Source of the DNA: the human T2T-CHM13v2.0 reference genome, Homo sapiens
Assembly (NCBI RefSeq): GCF_009914755.1
Contig: NC_060935.1
Reading direction: 5' to 3' (one strand)
Length of the DNA stretch: 64,000 nucleotides
Positions 30,148 through 45,143 of this stretch are shown one piece after another (positions within the stretch are counted from its first letter, which is position 1; each line of letters opens with the position of its first letter). The position numbers and the translations under genes are program-made. Under the pieces are notes generated by a model. The model searched no databases, was not told the DNA's origin, and worked only from the letters and a program-made list of their open reading frames with translations.

Positions 30148-30206
30148 AGTTGAACATGCAGTTCATCAGTTGAACATGCAATTCATCAGTTGAACATGCA
30201 GTTCAT
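30148..30206. repeat. 20-bp tandem repeat x3 (agttgaacatgcagttcatc)
   Basis: Directly visible; one internal mismatch. Confidence 0.9.
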
Positions 30207-30261
30207 TATGAATTTCAAAATTCTTGTACTTTTATTTTGCAGAAAAATTTTGCATAATATA

Positions 30262-30551
30262 TTTTTTTTTTGAGACAGTGTCTCAGTCTCCTCCAGGCTG
30301 GAGTGCAGCTGTGTGATCATGGCTCACTGCAGCCTTGACCTTCTGGGCTCAAGTGATTCTCCTGCCTCAGCCTCCTGAGTAGCTGGGGTCATAGGGATGT
30401 GCCATCATATCCAGCTATTTTTTTTTTTTTTCTGTAGAGATGAGGTTTTTCTATTTTGCCAGGCTGGTCTTGAACTTCTGAGCTCAAGAGATCCTCCCTC
30501 CTTGGCCTCTCAAAGTGTTGTGATTACAGGCATGAGCCACTGTTCCTATCC
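30262..30551 (-). mobile_element. AluJ
   Basis: AluJ diagnostics: gatcatggctcactgcagccttgacc, ctcaagagatcctccc. Confidence 0.9.
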
Positions 30552-31574
30552 AATAAACATGTTTTAAATTTCAGTACGAATTACAGAATTCATCTTTTTT
30601 CCCTATTCGAACAGATTTTTCACAAATTTCCTCAGTAAAATGAGTTTTCCCTTTAAGAAATCTCAACTTGTTATAAGTTGCTAAATGAAGATTTTTTTCT
30701 TATTTTGTATTTGTTCCTTTGCTATCTATGTATTTATTTACCTCTTCATTCATCCAAAAATCATTTGCCCTATGGCCAACTTGTTATCACTATCATAGTC
30801 TTTGAGATCTTGTAATCTAATCAAACTCTATCACCCTATGGATGGAAATGAGATGGTGTCCAGAGATATTAAACGTTCTTTCCAGGTAATATCAGGGCTG
30901 AAATATCAGACTTTTTGTCTTTTGCGTATTACTTTTTCTAGATTTTTGTTGCTATCATTACGCATAACTTTGTTGGTTGGATACATTTATTAAATGAAGG
31001 TAATAAGGAAGGCAAAGGATTGAAATTTTCTATTTCAACCCATATCCATTTACTGAAGTCCTACCTATCCTTAACATTTATACCTGAGTTTTTACTTGAG
31101 TGCTCACCCCAAACCTCCACAGGGCTTTATATCTTTCTTTTCAGTTCTCTAAATTTACTTCACTATTCTAAAATCTCTTTGTCAGTTAGGGTTCCCAATC
31201 ACGAACAAAACTACCAATTATGCTGCATATTGCCAGCAGATAAATGTATTGAAAGAGTGTTATGAAGATCATATGAATGTTAGAGAATCAGGTTCACGCA
31301 GGAAACAAGAATTGCTGGCTACCCTGCTGTAGGATGGCTGACCTAGGACACATGACTGGCTCAGTTGCCAGTGGACACTTGTTACCACAGGATACCTTAC
31401 TCCATGCTGCTAACTAAACTCCACCACAGCAATCAGTGCGAACAAACTCTGGCTGACTGAGACTTTATACCACTGTCTTGAGACTCAAATCCTGTGTGGG
31501 AGCATCTGCTTTACTGTGATTGGGTGACACATGCCCTAAGCTGTGCTGTCCAAGATGGTAGGTGCTAAAGGTTT

Positions 31575-32185
31575 GTGGCTGTTGGGCACTAGAGTTGAAC
31601 TAGGTGGTGAGTGCAAAGTATGCACCAGATTTTGAAGGCTCAGTCCAAAAAAAAAAAAAAAATCTCAATATTTTTGTGGATTGCATATAAAAAGACAATA
31701 TTTTGAATGTATTGGATTAATATTTTAACATGTTATTTAATTATAAAATCATGTTAACATTACTTTTACTTTTTCACTTTCCTTTTAAAAGTGTGGCTTT
31801 TGGCTGGGTATGGTGGTTCACTCCTGTAATCCCAGCACTTTGGGAGGCCGATGCGGGTGGATCACTTGAGGTCAGGAGTTTGAGACCAGCCTGGCCAACA
31901 TGATGAAACCCTGTCTCTACTAAAAATACAAAAATTAGCTGGATGTAGTGCAGGTGCCTGTAATCTCAGCTAATCAGGAGGCTAAGGCAGGAGAATTGCT
32001 TGAACCCGGGAGGTGGAGGTTGCATTGAGCCAAGATCATACCACTGCACTCCAGCCTGGGCAGCAGAGCAAGACTACATCTCAAAAAACAAAAAACAACA
32101 GCAAAAAAAAATGTTGCTTTTAATTTAAAATTACATATGTGTCTCAGATTTGTGGCTTCATTTATATTTCTAGCAGATATTTAGG
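31575..32185. mobile_element. MER3/MER33-like hAT-Charlie element split by an Alu
   Basis: caccagattttgaag...aatattttgaatgtattgg...[Alu]...tttaaaattacatatgtg...tttatatttcta. Confidence 0.6.
31802..32111 (+). mobile_element. AluS (Sx/Sz-like)
   Basis: Full Alu; TSD approximately aaaagtgtggcttt / aaaatgttgcttt. Confidence 0.95.
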
Positions 32186-34413
32186 GTAGACTATATTAAC
32201 ACTCCTTGGGGGATGATGTGGGGGATGATATCACATAGGAAAAGGAATCACATTAGTTAACAATCAAAATTGGGACCATGAGGGAGCATGGCAAATGGAG
32301 AGATTGCCCTTAATTTGGAAAAGAAAGCCTTGGCCAAGGACTGAATGCAAGACATTTTGGTATTAGGTGGGAGCGTACTACTAGCAAGAGCTGAGGTAAA
32401 ACCATTTAGCAAAAGAAGGGCAAAAAGCCCTACCTGGGCCGAATAAATTCTAAGGTTACAAGCTATACCTCAGCAAACCTCAGTGAAGGGAGCCAAGGGG
32501 CCCAAACATACATTTCATAGCACAGGATGGCAAGCATCCAGAGGAAAAAGCACAGACATCATAACACATAAACAACTCCATCCTTAACCATGTAGCCAGA
32601 GGCCCACTTGAGGAGGAGCGAGAGGTAATTTAACTAATTGTACATTACACCAAGAGAGACAAATTTATAAGTAGAAACTAAACTTGAAAAATATGAGGTA
32701 TTTTTGATTGGCAGTTAAAGTTACCGTATTCACATACTCACTCATTCTATAAATGTACACCTCAATCAGGCCTTCCACTCAGCAGTGGTAGTTCATGAAG
32801 ACTGTTCAATCAATAACAGAAACTAAAGAAGATTATGTGGTACATTTGTATCCATATAACACATTAATCTCACAGGATGGCCCATTAAGAAATTTCTGTA
32901 TTCCAATGTTTAGAAGCATTGCACATAATGTCCTCCTTGTGTACAGATTTATGATTCATATTAGCGTATTGAAGACTCTGAGATGGCAAACAGTACAGAG
33001 ACCTGTTCAAATGTTTTGACTCTTGTTATACCTTTGCTAACACCATTTCCCCAAACTTACTTCTGATTATAGCTGTCTCCCCACTGGCCACAGGGGTGGG
33101 ACTAAGTATCTATATTCCATGGCACAAGGATTGGCTTAGTAATGAACCTATGAGCCAAGCTAGATCAAAGTCCTTCAACATGTTTTCTACATTGATTTGG
33201 TGAGGCCCTTTATCTGTGCTGGTTGCAAATGCTAAGATATAAATTTGGAGCTCACTATCACCATTGCTGTGAACTGTCCAGAAAGAATGTAGACAACCTA
33301 ACAGAGAGAATCAAAGACAGAAATAGCAAATCAGCTGAGAGTTGTGAGTCTCTGGTTGATCTCTCTCCTTCCTGGTTGGAGTTTTTGTACTCGCAAACAA
33401 AGGGTCCAACCAACAGTAGGCCACTTAAGGTTTTCTTGCTGAGGGTAGGGGGAAGAAACCTATTAACAAGTAAAGGAATACACTTTTGGAAATACTGGTT
33501 TAAATTATATGCTGTCTAGATTTTAAAATTTTTTTATTATAGAAGCACAAGCTTGTGCTTATATGTTACAAGCACAGAAATATGATCTCATTGACAAAGT
33601 AAGAAATACCCCTCACTAGAGACAGGCATGATGCTATCTGTCATTAAAATGCCATATTAATGGGAAATTCAAATCCAGACATGTTTAAGTCTCCATTGGT
33701 GTTTTCTATTGCTTCACCATTAATGGATATGGCAAAAATACTTACTAAAAATTACTTCCAGAACATGAAATGGATATTATACTGTTTAAATGGATGGCAT
33801 ATAAGAATAATTTGCTTTAATCATAACACAAACCATTGCTATAATGCCATATTCACTATGAACCTTAGGGATGTCTGCACTTAGAGCAGAATAAATTTAG
33901 GCATAAGTGCTTTTTGTGAAAAACTAATTCATAAAACCCAATACATTGAAAATAGAACCAGGTGTGAGTGACTTTTAAAAAAGAATTATGCCTAGATACA
34001 TTACCCTCCTGAGTTTCAAAATTTCAAGGAATATCAAGGTATATTCAGGCATTAAGAACTTAATAATACTCAAATTATGTTTTTCTTTGTCTTTTATTCT
34101 TAATTTAAAACGTGTTTACAAGAAAACTAAAGACAAAATTTCTGGAGATATATAGATAGATATAGGTATAGTTATATAATTGACTTTAAAATGTGGCTTA
34201 GCATAATTTTTAGAATATTTTCAAGTGTTTAATATGACCATAGATTTTTTTCAATAGTAACCTGTTGTAAGCCATTAGAAATGTGAAATATGAACAACAG
34301 AGATTTAAATTCCATTCTTACAGGCATAGTTTATTTAGTGGAAAGGGCTAAACTAGGGAGTCTGACAAGATTGAATTTAAATGTTAGTCTTACCTATTGA
34401 AGGGTTATATAAC

Positions 34414-34660
34414 TGCTGTGGTTTGAATATTTGTCCCCTCCAAAATGTATGTGAAAATGTAATCCCCAATGCAACATTAAGAATGAGGCCTTTAGGAGAT
34501 GATTAAGCTATGAGGCCGTTGCCCTCAGGAGTAGCTTAGAACCTTATAAAAGGGCTTAAGTGGTTGAGTTTGCCCCTTCCAAGCCTTCCACCATGTAAAG
34601 ATGCAGCATTTGTTTTGAATCTGTGATAATTCTGTTGTAGCAGCACAAATGGACTAAGAC
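34414..34660 (+). mobile_element. Internally deleted MaLR LTR (MLT1A/MST-like) within a MIR
   Basis: tgctgtggtttgaatatttgtcccctccaaa...gcagcacaaatggactaagaca. Confidence 0.7.
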
Positions 34661-34688
34661 AGCAACCTTAAATAAATTAGGAACTTCC

Positions 34689-35010
<322 letters not shown>

Positions 35011-35583
35011 TCATCTGTAAAATGGGTACAAGACGTTTTACATAAGACTGTCATGCATATTCAATTTTGTTATATGCGATACTGCCTAGTGCAAACCAGG
35101 TATTCTTTCCTCAACCTTCACATGTAGATCTAGACATAATGATGGTACATATAATGCCTTCTCAAGACAGTTTCATTTTTCAAATTCAAAATGTTAATTT
35201 TAGTGTAGTGTTGACATTATCTTCACCATGATTATAGATTCCAAAACATTTAGGTAATTCTATAAAATCACAAATGGAAAGCAAACAAATTCAGCAAATA
35301 TTTAATGAGGATCTGTTAGGTTCCAGCTCTAGGATATACACTGAAGGATTCATATAAATGAGAAAACCTATGCATTGGGGTTTCATCAGGGTTCCCACAT
35401 CAGGGAAGCTTTTGACTTTCTCCTCAAACTATGTAACAAAGAAACACAGCCAGTAGACTACCCTCACCACAACCCCCACCCCAACTAAGAGGATGCATCC
35501 ATGTGCATGTATCTCTTATTTATTATACTTTCCCTGTTTGAATCCCTCTTCCTTCTTTCACTCTACAAGATATAAATATCTGA

Positions 35584-35900
<317 letters not shown>

Positions 35901-36549
35901 TAGATAACTGATATGTCAGCTATAAGATACTTGCTTACTGGTGCTTGCATATGTAACATAAACTTAAAACCTTTAGAAATCCGTTTTCTATCAAAGATTC
36001 TCATAAACAATCTTTATTCTCTATACTGTTATCTTGAGATTGATTCTGAAAGAATAATATAGTAAACTTTATAGTTCAAACCTAAAGAAGGACCACTTGG
36101 TTCTAGGTAGACTCCACCGTAGGAGACCAATGATATTGACTCAATGGGTTGGATGGTACGCAGCAAAAGGAACTTTATAGGTTATGAAAGTATATATAAA
36201 TATTTCAAAATAATATTGTCATTACAGTAAATTTATCATAGCACAAGCTTTAGAGTATGCTGACGTGGTTCATCCTATTGATTAGCTAATGAGAAAAAAT
36301 ACTCCAATAGATATGCTTTGATTTTGCAAATTCAGACAAATTTTTAGAAAGTCAGGGCTAGATCCAATATCTCCTGTTGGCTCCCATTTAACCTTTTAAA
36401 TGTATCTTTTGAATATAATCCTTCAAGAAATTATGAATTAACAGAACAACACAGATATTAACATCTTTGGCTTTTTATAGAATTTCAACTGGGAAGGGAT
36501 ATGGAAAGGAATACAAAAGGTGAGAAATCTCTTTAATAATAGCTAGTAA

Positions 36550-36790
36550 TTTTAAAGTACTTGTGTGCAGGTGTTGTTTTGTGCTCTGCTTCTATAAATT
36601 CAATCATTTCTCACAAGAATCCAGTGAAGTAAGAACTATTATTACCCCAACTTTGCAGATAAGAAAATTGAGGCACAGAAAGTTTGAATAACTTGCCTTC
36701 TATCACATAGCAAGAGCATGATAAAGCTGTAATGGAACCTGTAAACAATCCTGCCCTAGAACCCATGCTTTGCCCACTACATGTACTGCT
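36550..36790. mobile_element. MIR SINE
   Basis: ctattattacccc...gcagataagaaaattgaggcacaga...aacttgcc. Confidence 0.7.
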
Positions 36791-38143
36791 TTTTATAGAC
36801 CTCTGGAGGAGCGATCTTAGGCTTCCTCTTGGCAGAATTTTATATTTCTTGGGGATCTTTTTATTAAAACAAAACGTTTAAATAAACAATGACTATAATT
36901 AGTCCCTTTATTCAATTTTGGAAGTGCTTCTAACAACTCAGGTGGGGAACCAGTGAGTTCTAGGTTCAATATCACAGAGATTTCCTTTAATTTTACGGCT
37001 CATGATTCAAGCTGTTTTTAATAAAACTGGATTTGGGAAGTAGAAGCTAAAATTAAAGGGAAAGCTCAACTGCTAAAAATAAATTATCTCTTTTTGTATT
37101 AGTTTGTGATGTCTTGAAAGTCCAATATCATTGCGAAAACCTCACCCCACCTTCAGCACCTGGGGTTTCCCAGCCCCAGTATTTCTATATGGGTAACATG
37201 CAATGTAATACAAGGAATAAAGGCAGTCGAGATTCATCATTTGAGTTATTTTGGCTTGTTAACTAACTCTGATAACAACCTCTAAGTAAGTGCTTATCTG
37301 CAAACTTCCTGAATGCTGAATTTCAGTTGTGGTTAGGGCTTAAAAAGTTTAGGAATGCAAGTCAAATATGGTTCTTACACATTTCGAGATAAATAAAGTC
37401 AATCATATTTCAAGTCATAAGCTCATTACCTAAGATGCAATAAAGGAAGCTCAGCTGTCTTACAGATATTCAATCCTTTCCTTTTTTTTCAACTTCTATT
37501 TTAGAAGAGCCCTCCAACAATGGAGTTAGGGATCATTTCATAGCAGATTATTGAATCTTATATGAGAAATTTTTTTGTGATAGTGTTAAGAGGACCAACC
37601 TTAGGTCTGAACAGACTTGGTACAAATTCTAGCACCACATTTTATTTCCTGTGTTATGGTGCTGAATCTCACTCTCTTTATCTGTAAAATGGAAATAACA
37701 CCTATCTCCCTAGGTTTTTCTGAGAATTAAATGTAGCGATATTGAGAAAATGCCTGCCATATATTAATTTTTGTTTTTTGTTGTAAGATTTACCTTGATT
37801 TGGGATTGTCAGAATTTTCTTTTATTAAAGCTAGAGTGACAGGACTGTTTATTCCATTCACATCTTCAACATTTTAGGCTGTTACTAACATAGTTAATAG
37901 GACTAACATAGACTTTTATATGAGAAAAATGACTGCAGATTTTGCCACTGACTAATCTGATCAACTTTAATTTGGGGAGCCCATATTCTTACAGTGTGTT
38001 AACCATATTTCAGAACTCTTTCAATTGGAGGCGAGCTCTCAATATTTCTTCCTTTTACTTTTTCCTTGTACTGAGAGTAGGTGGTCAATGTATTTTGGGT
38101 GCTTCACTTTTAGAATTTCTGGAATACTATAATAGCAGTAGTT

Positions 38144-38429
38144 AATTTATATTTTTAAAGTTTAGCTAAAATAGACATATAAAATTTACCATATTTACCA
38201 TTTTTAAGTATACAGTTCAGTGGGAAAAATAGATTTATATTCCTTTTTCTCCCTTTATCTCCCCCTACCCCTACATTTTCAGGCCTCAGGTAATCACCAT
38301 TCTGCTCTCTGTCTTTAAGAGATCCATTTTTTTTTTAGCTCCTACATATGAGTGAGAATATGCTACATTTGTCTTTCTGTGCTTAGCTTATTTCACTTAA
38401 CATAACGGCCTTCAGTTCCATCCATGTTG
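38144..38429 (-). mobile_element. Short 5'-truncated L1MA-type 3' end
   Basis: L1MA 3'UTR motifs; perfect 13-bp TSD aatagcagtagtt (38131-38143, 38430-38442). Confidence 0.8.
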
Positions 38430-39579
38430 AATAGCAGTAGTTCAGTGGGCCAACTATATGAAATTGGTAGTATGTCGGAAAGTCTGGAGAGATAATTACT
38501 GTAACTATAGGCATCCTCATTACTTACTATAGCTAACTTAATAAATTCCTAAAGCTTTTCCTCTTCATGAAGGTCTTTCTGTCATAACATCACATAATAT
38601 CTATTTTCCTGTCATAACTATTTTGGTGCCTTGTGTTGACAAAAAATATCTTATGCTTGGATGTACAGTGTCTCAAAAGTGTTAACTTCTTGAGATAGGA
38701 TAACATGTCCTTAGAAACCTGTATTATCTTTGGCTTTTGTTTCCTTCACTTCCATTATCTACCCAGCAAGCTGGGTTGTATTGCCCTTTCTGCATCAGTC
38801 ATTTCCTATTCAACCACACTGTTTTCCATGCAGTTCAATTTACTTTAATATATATTTATTGAGTACCTACATATTATTCATAGTGATACATTCTGGGACA
38901 AATATGAACACAAATTATTCATGCCTTTGGGGAAACCTTAGTACAGTGAAAGAGATAAATAGGTTATCAAACTTTAGTGTGAATTAATGTGATATGAGCA
39001 TCTTTTTGTTTCTCTTTCTTTACTGCATGGTATCTAATTTACCTGGTCACCAAAAATTTATGAAGTATACTGTGTATCCATTCCTGGTGTGGGGACAGTA
39101 ACTAACAGAGTAAATATAGCCCCTGCCTTCTAGAATTTCCTGGGCTAGTGAGAAAAACAGGCTAACCAAATAATTACAAATACTTTCTAAAATACTGACA
39201 GATACTCTATGTACTATAAAATGAAATAAAATAAAACAGAAGATATTAAATAAATGATCACTTATGTCACTTAAATTTTAACCAGTAGAAAACAAAAGCA
39301 CACAAGGAAACAAACGACTGTGCTTGCCCATAATATTATTTCTGATTGAGCTTTAGTTTCTAAAGTTAACACATATATGCTGAAACATATATTTTCTCAC
39401 ACACATATTACCAAATACATACCATGCACTAACTGATTGCACCACTGGAGCATCCAAACATATATTTACTTTTATTGAAAACATTTATTTTTATTTAGTA
39501 TTGATTATCCCATGAATATAAAAAACTTATGTTCTTTTTTTCTAATAAGTTCTGATTAAATGTATCATCTGGTATTTGC

Positions 39580-41712
39580 TGGGAAAATGGCAGATAGGAG
39601 GCAAGACTAACTTTCAGCTCCCACTTGGACTAACAGAACAATGTGTGGAAACTCACATTGTGAACTTTTCCTCCAAGAACTACTGCAGGAACATACCAGC
39701 AAAACCAAAATAATTCACAGACTTTTTGAAAGAAGTGGTATGCCACTGCAAACTCCATGACACAGCTGAAAAAATGAGTGCTCAAAGTGTGAGAGTGGGA
39801 AAGTCCACCTCTGAACACACATTCTCACTGGGGAACCTAAATTTCAGATCATAGGAAAAGGATTTAACCTTACCTAGGCTGAAATGAATTTCAAGAGCTG
39901 AGCGAAATGTAAAAGTAGAAGAAACAGTGGGAAGAGCCCTGTAGGCACTCCCGACCCCCAGGGAAGCCCAGAAAAGCCATTTCTGACTTTATCTCTCAGG
40001 GGTCTTTGAGGAGGGCTGCCAGTGGAATTAGGGAATGAACACAGGGAAAACGAAACTTCAAGCTGAACTTCTGTAATTAATTTTGACCTAAAACAAATTT
40101 TCCTGGGCAGAATGCGAGGGTCAGGGAGGGTGGGGGCGGGGGGTTGCTGGTGAATAGGAAGCACAGAAGCCATGGCAGGCAGAGTGGGGCAAATCCTGAA
40201 AGTCCGGCTTGCTTCCTCAGCAGGGAGGCCTGTATCCTGGGGCAAGATCTCAGCCCTGCTCACTCGCTACCTGGATATGAACTCGGTGCTGCTGGTGGGG
40301 CACAGTGGAAGTACGACTGGCCTTTCTGGCTAGGTAGGAGCTGGGTGAGGCTAGTCACTGCTGACTTTTCCCCACTTCCCTGGCGACCTCTATGATGCAG
40401 CAGAGGCAGCCATAATCCCCCCTGAACATAACTGCATTGGCCTGAGAGCCACATCTTCATCCCCCACAGTGGCTATATTGTGAAATTGAGAATTGAACTG
40501 AATGATAATAGTGACACAACCTATCAAAACCTCCTGAATACAGAAAAAAAGTGGTTCTAAGACGAAAGCTTATAGCATTAAATGCCTACATCGAAGAGTC
40601 AGAAACAGCACAAATAGACAATCTAAGGTCAGTCCTCAAGTAATTAGAGAAACAAGAACAAACCAAACCCAAACCCAGCAGAAGAAAAGCAGTAACAAAG
40701 ATCAGAGCAGAACTAAATGAAATTGAAACAAATAGTACAAAAGATAAATGAAACAAAAAGCTTGATTCTTTGGAAAGATAAATAAAATTGATAGACAATT
40801 AGCACGATTAACCAAGGAAAGAAGAGAGCAGATCCAAATAAGCTCAATTAGAAATGAAATGGAAGATATTGCAACTGGGATACCTCAGAAATACAAAAGA
40901 TCATTCAGGGTTACTATGAACACCTTTACATGCATAAACTAGAAAATCTAGCAGAGATGGGTAAATTCCTGGAAATATACAACCCTCTTAGTTTAAATGA
41001 GGATGAAATAGAAACTCTGAGTAGACCAAAAATAAGCAGTGAGATTGAAATGGTAATAAAAAAAATGCCAACAAAAAGAGTCCAGGATCAAATGAATTCA
41101 CAGCTAAATTTTATCAGACATGCAAAGAAGAATTGGTACCAGTCATACTGACACTATTCCACAAGGTGGAGAAAGAGAGAATCCTCCCTAAATTGTTCTA
41201 TGAAGATAATATTAGCCTAATACCAAAACCGTAAAGGACATGACAAAATAGAAAACTACAGACCAATATCCCTGATGAATATAGATGCAAAAATCCTTAA
41301 GAAAATACTAGCTAACCAAATCCATACCATATCAAAAAGATAATCCACCATGATCCAGTGGGTTTTATGCCAGGGATGCAAGGATGGTTTAACATACACA
41401 AGTCAATAAATGTGATACATGACATAAACAGAATTAAAAACAAAAATTACATGATCATCTCAATAGATGCAGAAAAAGCTTTTGACAAAAATTCAGCATC
41501 CCTTTATGCTTAAAACCCTCAGCAAAATCAGCATACAAGGGGCATACCTTAATGTAATAAAAGCCATCTATGACAAAACCAACAGCCAACATAATACTGA
41601 ACAGGGAAATTTGAAAGCATTAGACCTGAGAACTCAAACAAGACAAGGATGCCCACTCTCACCACTTCTATTCAACATAGAACTGGAAGTCCTAGCCAGA
41701 GCAATCAGACAA
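39580..41712 (+). mobile_element. L1PB-type element: 5'UTR start (39580-~40473) fused directly to mid-ORF2 (~40492-41712); no 3' end
   Basis: L1PB-like 5' end (aaatggcagataggaggca...cagctcccact); ORF2 remnants (HKLENL.EM.KFLE.YN; [24 protein letters not shown]). Confidence 0.8.
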
Positions 41713-44388
41713 AATCCGATAATGATTTTTATTAGAGCAGTAAATATCTGAAGCAATCATTGAAGAATGAGAAATATTTTGTTGTGTGGAGAAGTATCTA
41801 CCAAGTTAGATAAATGTTTTATGAATTACCATTATAAACAAATTATTTGTTAAAAATATAAATACATAAACACACTGCAAGATAGTCATGTATATATAAT
41901 ATATATTCTAAATATTCCATTATTTTTATGTCACTATGAGAATCATGATGATAAAGTATATGACTACGTGTCTGCCTTTGAGAAATAGACAATGTATTTG
42001 GAGACAATCTCTACACAAAAGATAGCTAAATAGTATATACAGTTTCATAACTTCATGTCCAATAAGTGATCCATTCAAGATAATCCAAGATGCCATAATG
42101 TAGAGATTGAGTCTGAGATCTTGAACTAAATCACCTGGGTTTGCATTTCAGCTCCTCTACTTATTAACCAGAAAATTTTGTGACAAATTACTGAACTACT
42201 TTGTTTCAATGTTTCCAGCTGTCAGGATAATAATAGAATCTGCTTCAGTTGTTATGGAGTAAATGGGTTAAGCAAATGCTTAGAACAGCAGAATATAGTA
42301 AATCGGTAATAAATGTCAGCTGTTAATTTATTATAGTAAATGCTACAGTTGTTTAGAATGGAGAGTATTACCAGAACAGTATTGGTTGGGAACATATTTT
42401 GGAATAAGTAAGAATTTTGCTTGGCATTTGTTTGGCACTATTGAAACAGGAGAGATGAGAAAGGCATTTTAGAAGTGAATAAACGTGATTTGGCCATTGG
42501 CATTTTCTTTGATGTCATTTCATATAATTCTCTCCCATCACTACTTCAGCAACTGGCTTTTTTAGTTCAATCTGGAGGTAACCAGGTTGCTCTTACCTCA
42601 TATCCTTGGCGTTTTCTGCTCCTGTCTTGAATGCTTTTCAGAAAGGTTTCCCCATGGCTAGCTTTCCTTGTCTTTCATTCCTCCGCTTGCATATCAACTT
42701 ATCAGAGGCATTTTTAACAAAACATTTGAAAATTAATATGACTCTCACCTTCTACCCTTCCAATGTACTGATTTTCTTTCTTTCCTTTTTTGTCCTGTCT
42801 TTTTATTTCTTTCCATTTATATGGAGATAAAAGTGACAGTTGAAGTTTTTGCAAACTTACCACTCAAAATTAATCAGAATTTTTGCTATGAGATAATCGT
42901 TAAAAGCATGAACTCGGCACCCAAGCAGACTGGTTTTGCCAATTTTTACTTGTCTTGTCTAGAACAAGTTATTTAACCTCTCTGTGTTCCATTTTCCTTC
43001 TCTGTTATGTATATAATGATCTTAACTAACTTATTGAGTTACTATGAAGATTATATTATTTGTACAATGTTTGGGACATATAATGTGCCCAGTAAATGTT
43101 GAAAGTCATTATTATTACTTTTTATTATCTATTTAAACTCTCTAGAATGTAAGGTCTTTGAGGACAATAACCATATCTGCCTTGTTTTCTGCTTTCTTCA
43201 CAGCACTAGAAGAGGTCCTGGCACATAATAAGGGCTCCATAAATATTTGTTGAATACGTTAAAAAATGGATGATGCTTAGTATACCAGAGATCAGGATTA
43301 ATATACCAAGTTTAATATACCAGAGTCAGTACACTGACTTCTGAGAGAATAGACTGGATTATTAGTGAAGTCAGGTTCTTTGATATAGCTCAATTGATTG
43401 TTCTGTGTTGATTGATAGCAAGCTTCTGTCTGTAACCAAAAGTAAGCCCAGAATTTCATTCACAGTGTGGCTTTGCTGAACATGTTTTAACCCTGGATGG
43501 CTCAATTTCTGGAATTTGAGTAATGGCACCACTACATATATGCTGTTGGAATATTGCCAAGTCATTGAGCCTTAGTTTTTCCCTATGTAAAATGACAAAA
43601 ATTTCTGCATAAAATTTATCAAGAAGACTGTCCTTGACACAATGACTGGTGTTTCTCTAAGGAGGGTTGAGTAAATCATTTCAGGCAGAAAAAAATCTTT
43701 CTTTCTTAAAAATGCACCGTGAAAGGGATACCAAAACTTTAAAATTCCCCAATCTAGTGCTTAATCCTCTCAGGAAATTCTTTCTTCCACTGGAGGTGGT
43801 TTTGGCATATCTTTTATCAAGAAAGTATTTATTTAGTAGACCACCCTTCATGTGTATACTCTGAGAAGACCCAAGAGAGGGTTTTTGTAAATTCAGAGAG
43901 ATCATGGGTTTTTTAGATACAGACCCTTCCTCAGAGTGGAGGTGACCACATTCCCCTTAGCAACCATGCATCTCTCTCCACTCTCAATCTAACTTTTCCT
44001 ATATGGAACCACAATCCTCCTAATGCAATTTAAACCAGTTTCCTGTGGTGTTATCTCTTTAGGGATGGAGAACAGCTGGGCACCATTTTCTCTATAATAA
44101 ATCTTTATAGGCTTTTAGGATAGCTTTAAATTTGCCATTCATTCTAAGCAAGGCCCAACTTTATTTTTTATCCCTTTGCACTCCATCTCACTCCCTTTAG
44201 GCCTTTTCTTCCTACCTGCTAATCTAGATATGTTTAATTCTCAAGCAATGCCAATTGCATCATTAAATGTAATTTTTGAGATTCTTAGTCCTATCTCCCA
44301 TAGAATATGACAATTTAAATAATGGTTTTTACTAAAATATTTTCCTTAGAGTTGGAAATACATAAAGTATTTCTTGCTATTTTAAGGT

Positions 44389-44622
44389 TTAAACCCTCAA
44401 GGGTAAACAGTTAAGGAATAAAACTGAATAAGGAAGGGATTTGTTAAAGATCTATTGTTAATTGCTGACATTGGAAGATGAATACTGCAAGTGGGTGATG
44501 AGAAAGCAAAAATAACATTTTTAGCTTTCAGATACCCTGACTTGATTATCACACATTCTATGCATGTAACAAAATATCGCATGTACACCATAAATATGTA
44601 AAATATGTATCAATTAAGTAAA
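44389..44622 (+). repeat. Local direct duplication, copy 1 (~235 bp)
   Basis: Highly similar to 45144-45380; the duplicated ORFs 44397-44591 and 45094-45285 share KAKNVIFAFSSPTC. Confidence 0.95.
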
Positions 44623-45143
44623 TTAAATTGTTTAATTGTTTAATTAATTGTCTAACATAGATTTAGCAGCAGGTGAGTGTTATATCAAAATTACAAAGCA
44701 CAATTAATGTTTCTTGCCTGTAAATAGTAAGCACAGCAATTTAGCACCTGCAAGTTTGTGGACAACAACTTTCATTACCTTCCTTTATAATATTCCTCAG
44801 ATAGTGACTACTTTCTTGCTATTGGTGCTATGTGATCTAAAAATCTTATGCAACTACTTAAAATATCAAAATAAATAATTAATAGATTTATTAGAAAGAA
44901 AAATAATTGATGTGGCTGATAACATTAATCAAATTAGGAATTTTTTAATCATACAGATACTGCCTTATTTATTTTAAATTTAGATTCGATTAGCATACTT
45001 TTTAGCACTTTTAATATGCTTAGATAATATAATAGGCTCTTTCATTTACATGTCCTTAATTAAATCCCCCAACATATTTAGAGGTAAACATTATTATTCT
45101 TTTTTATATATGTGAAAATTGATATTAAAGCTGCATAAATTGC

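Noticed and set aside
30148-30206. Palindromic direct repeats resembling a CRISPR array
   Set aside because: The units are contiguous with no spacers, the context is human DNA, and there are no cas genes.
32200-33470. Possible additional ancient LTR remnants
   Set aside because: Too diverged to assign family or boundaries by eye.
33543-33560. Perfect 18-bp palindrome aagcacaagcttgtgctt
   Set aside because: Isolated, with no supporting context; likely a small local template-switch product or chance.
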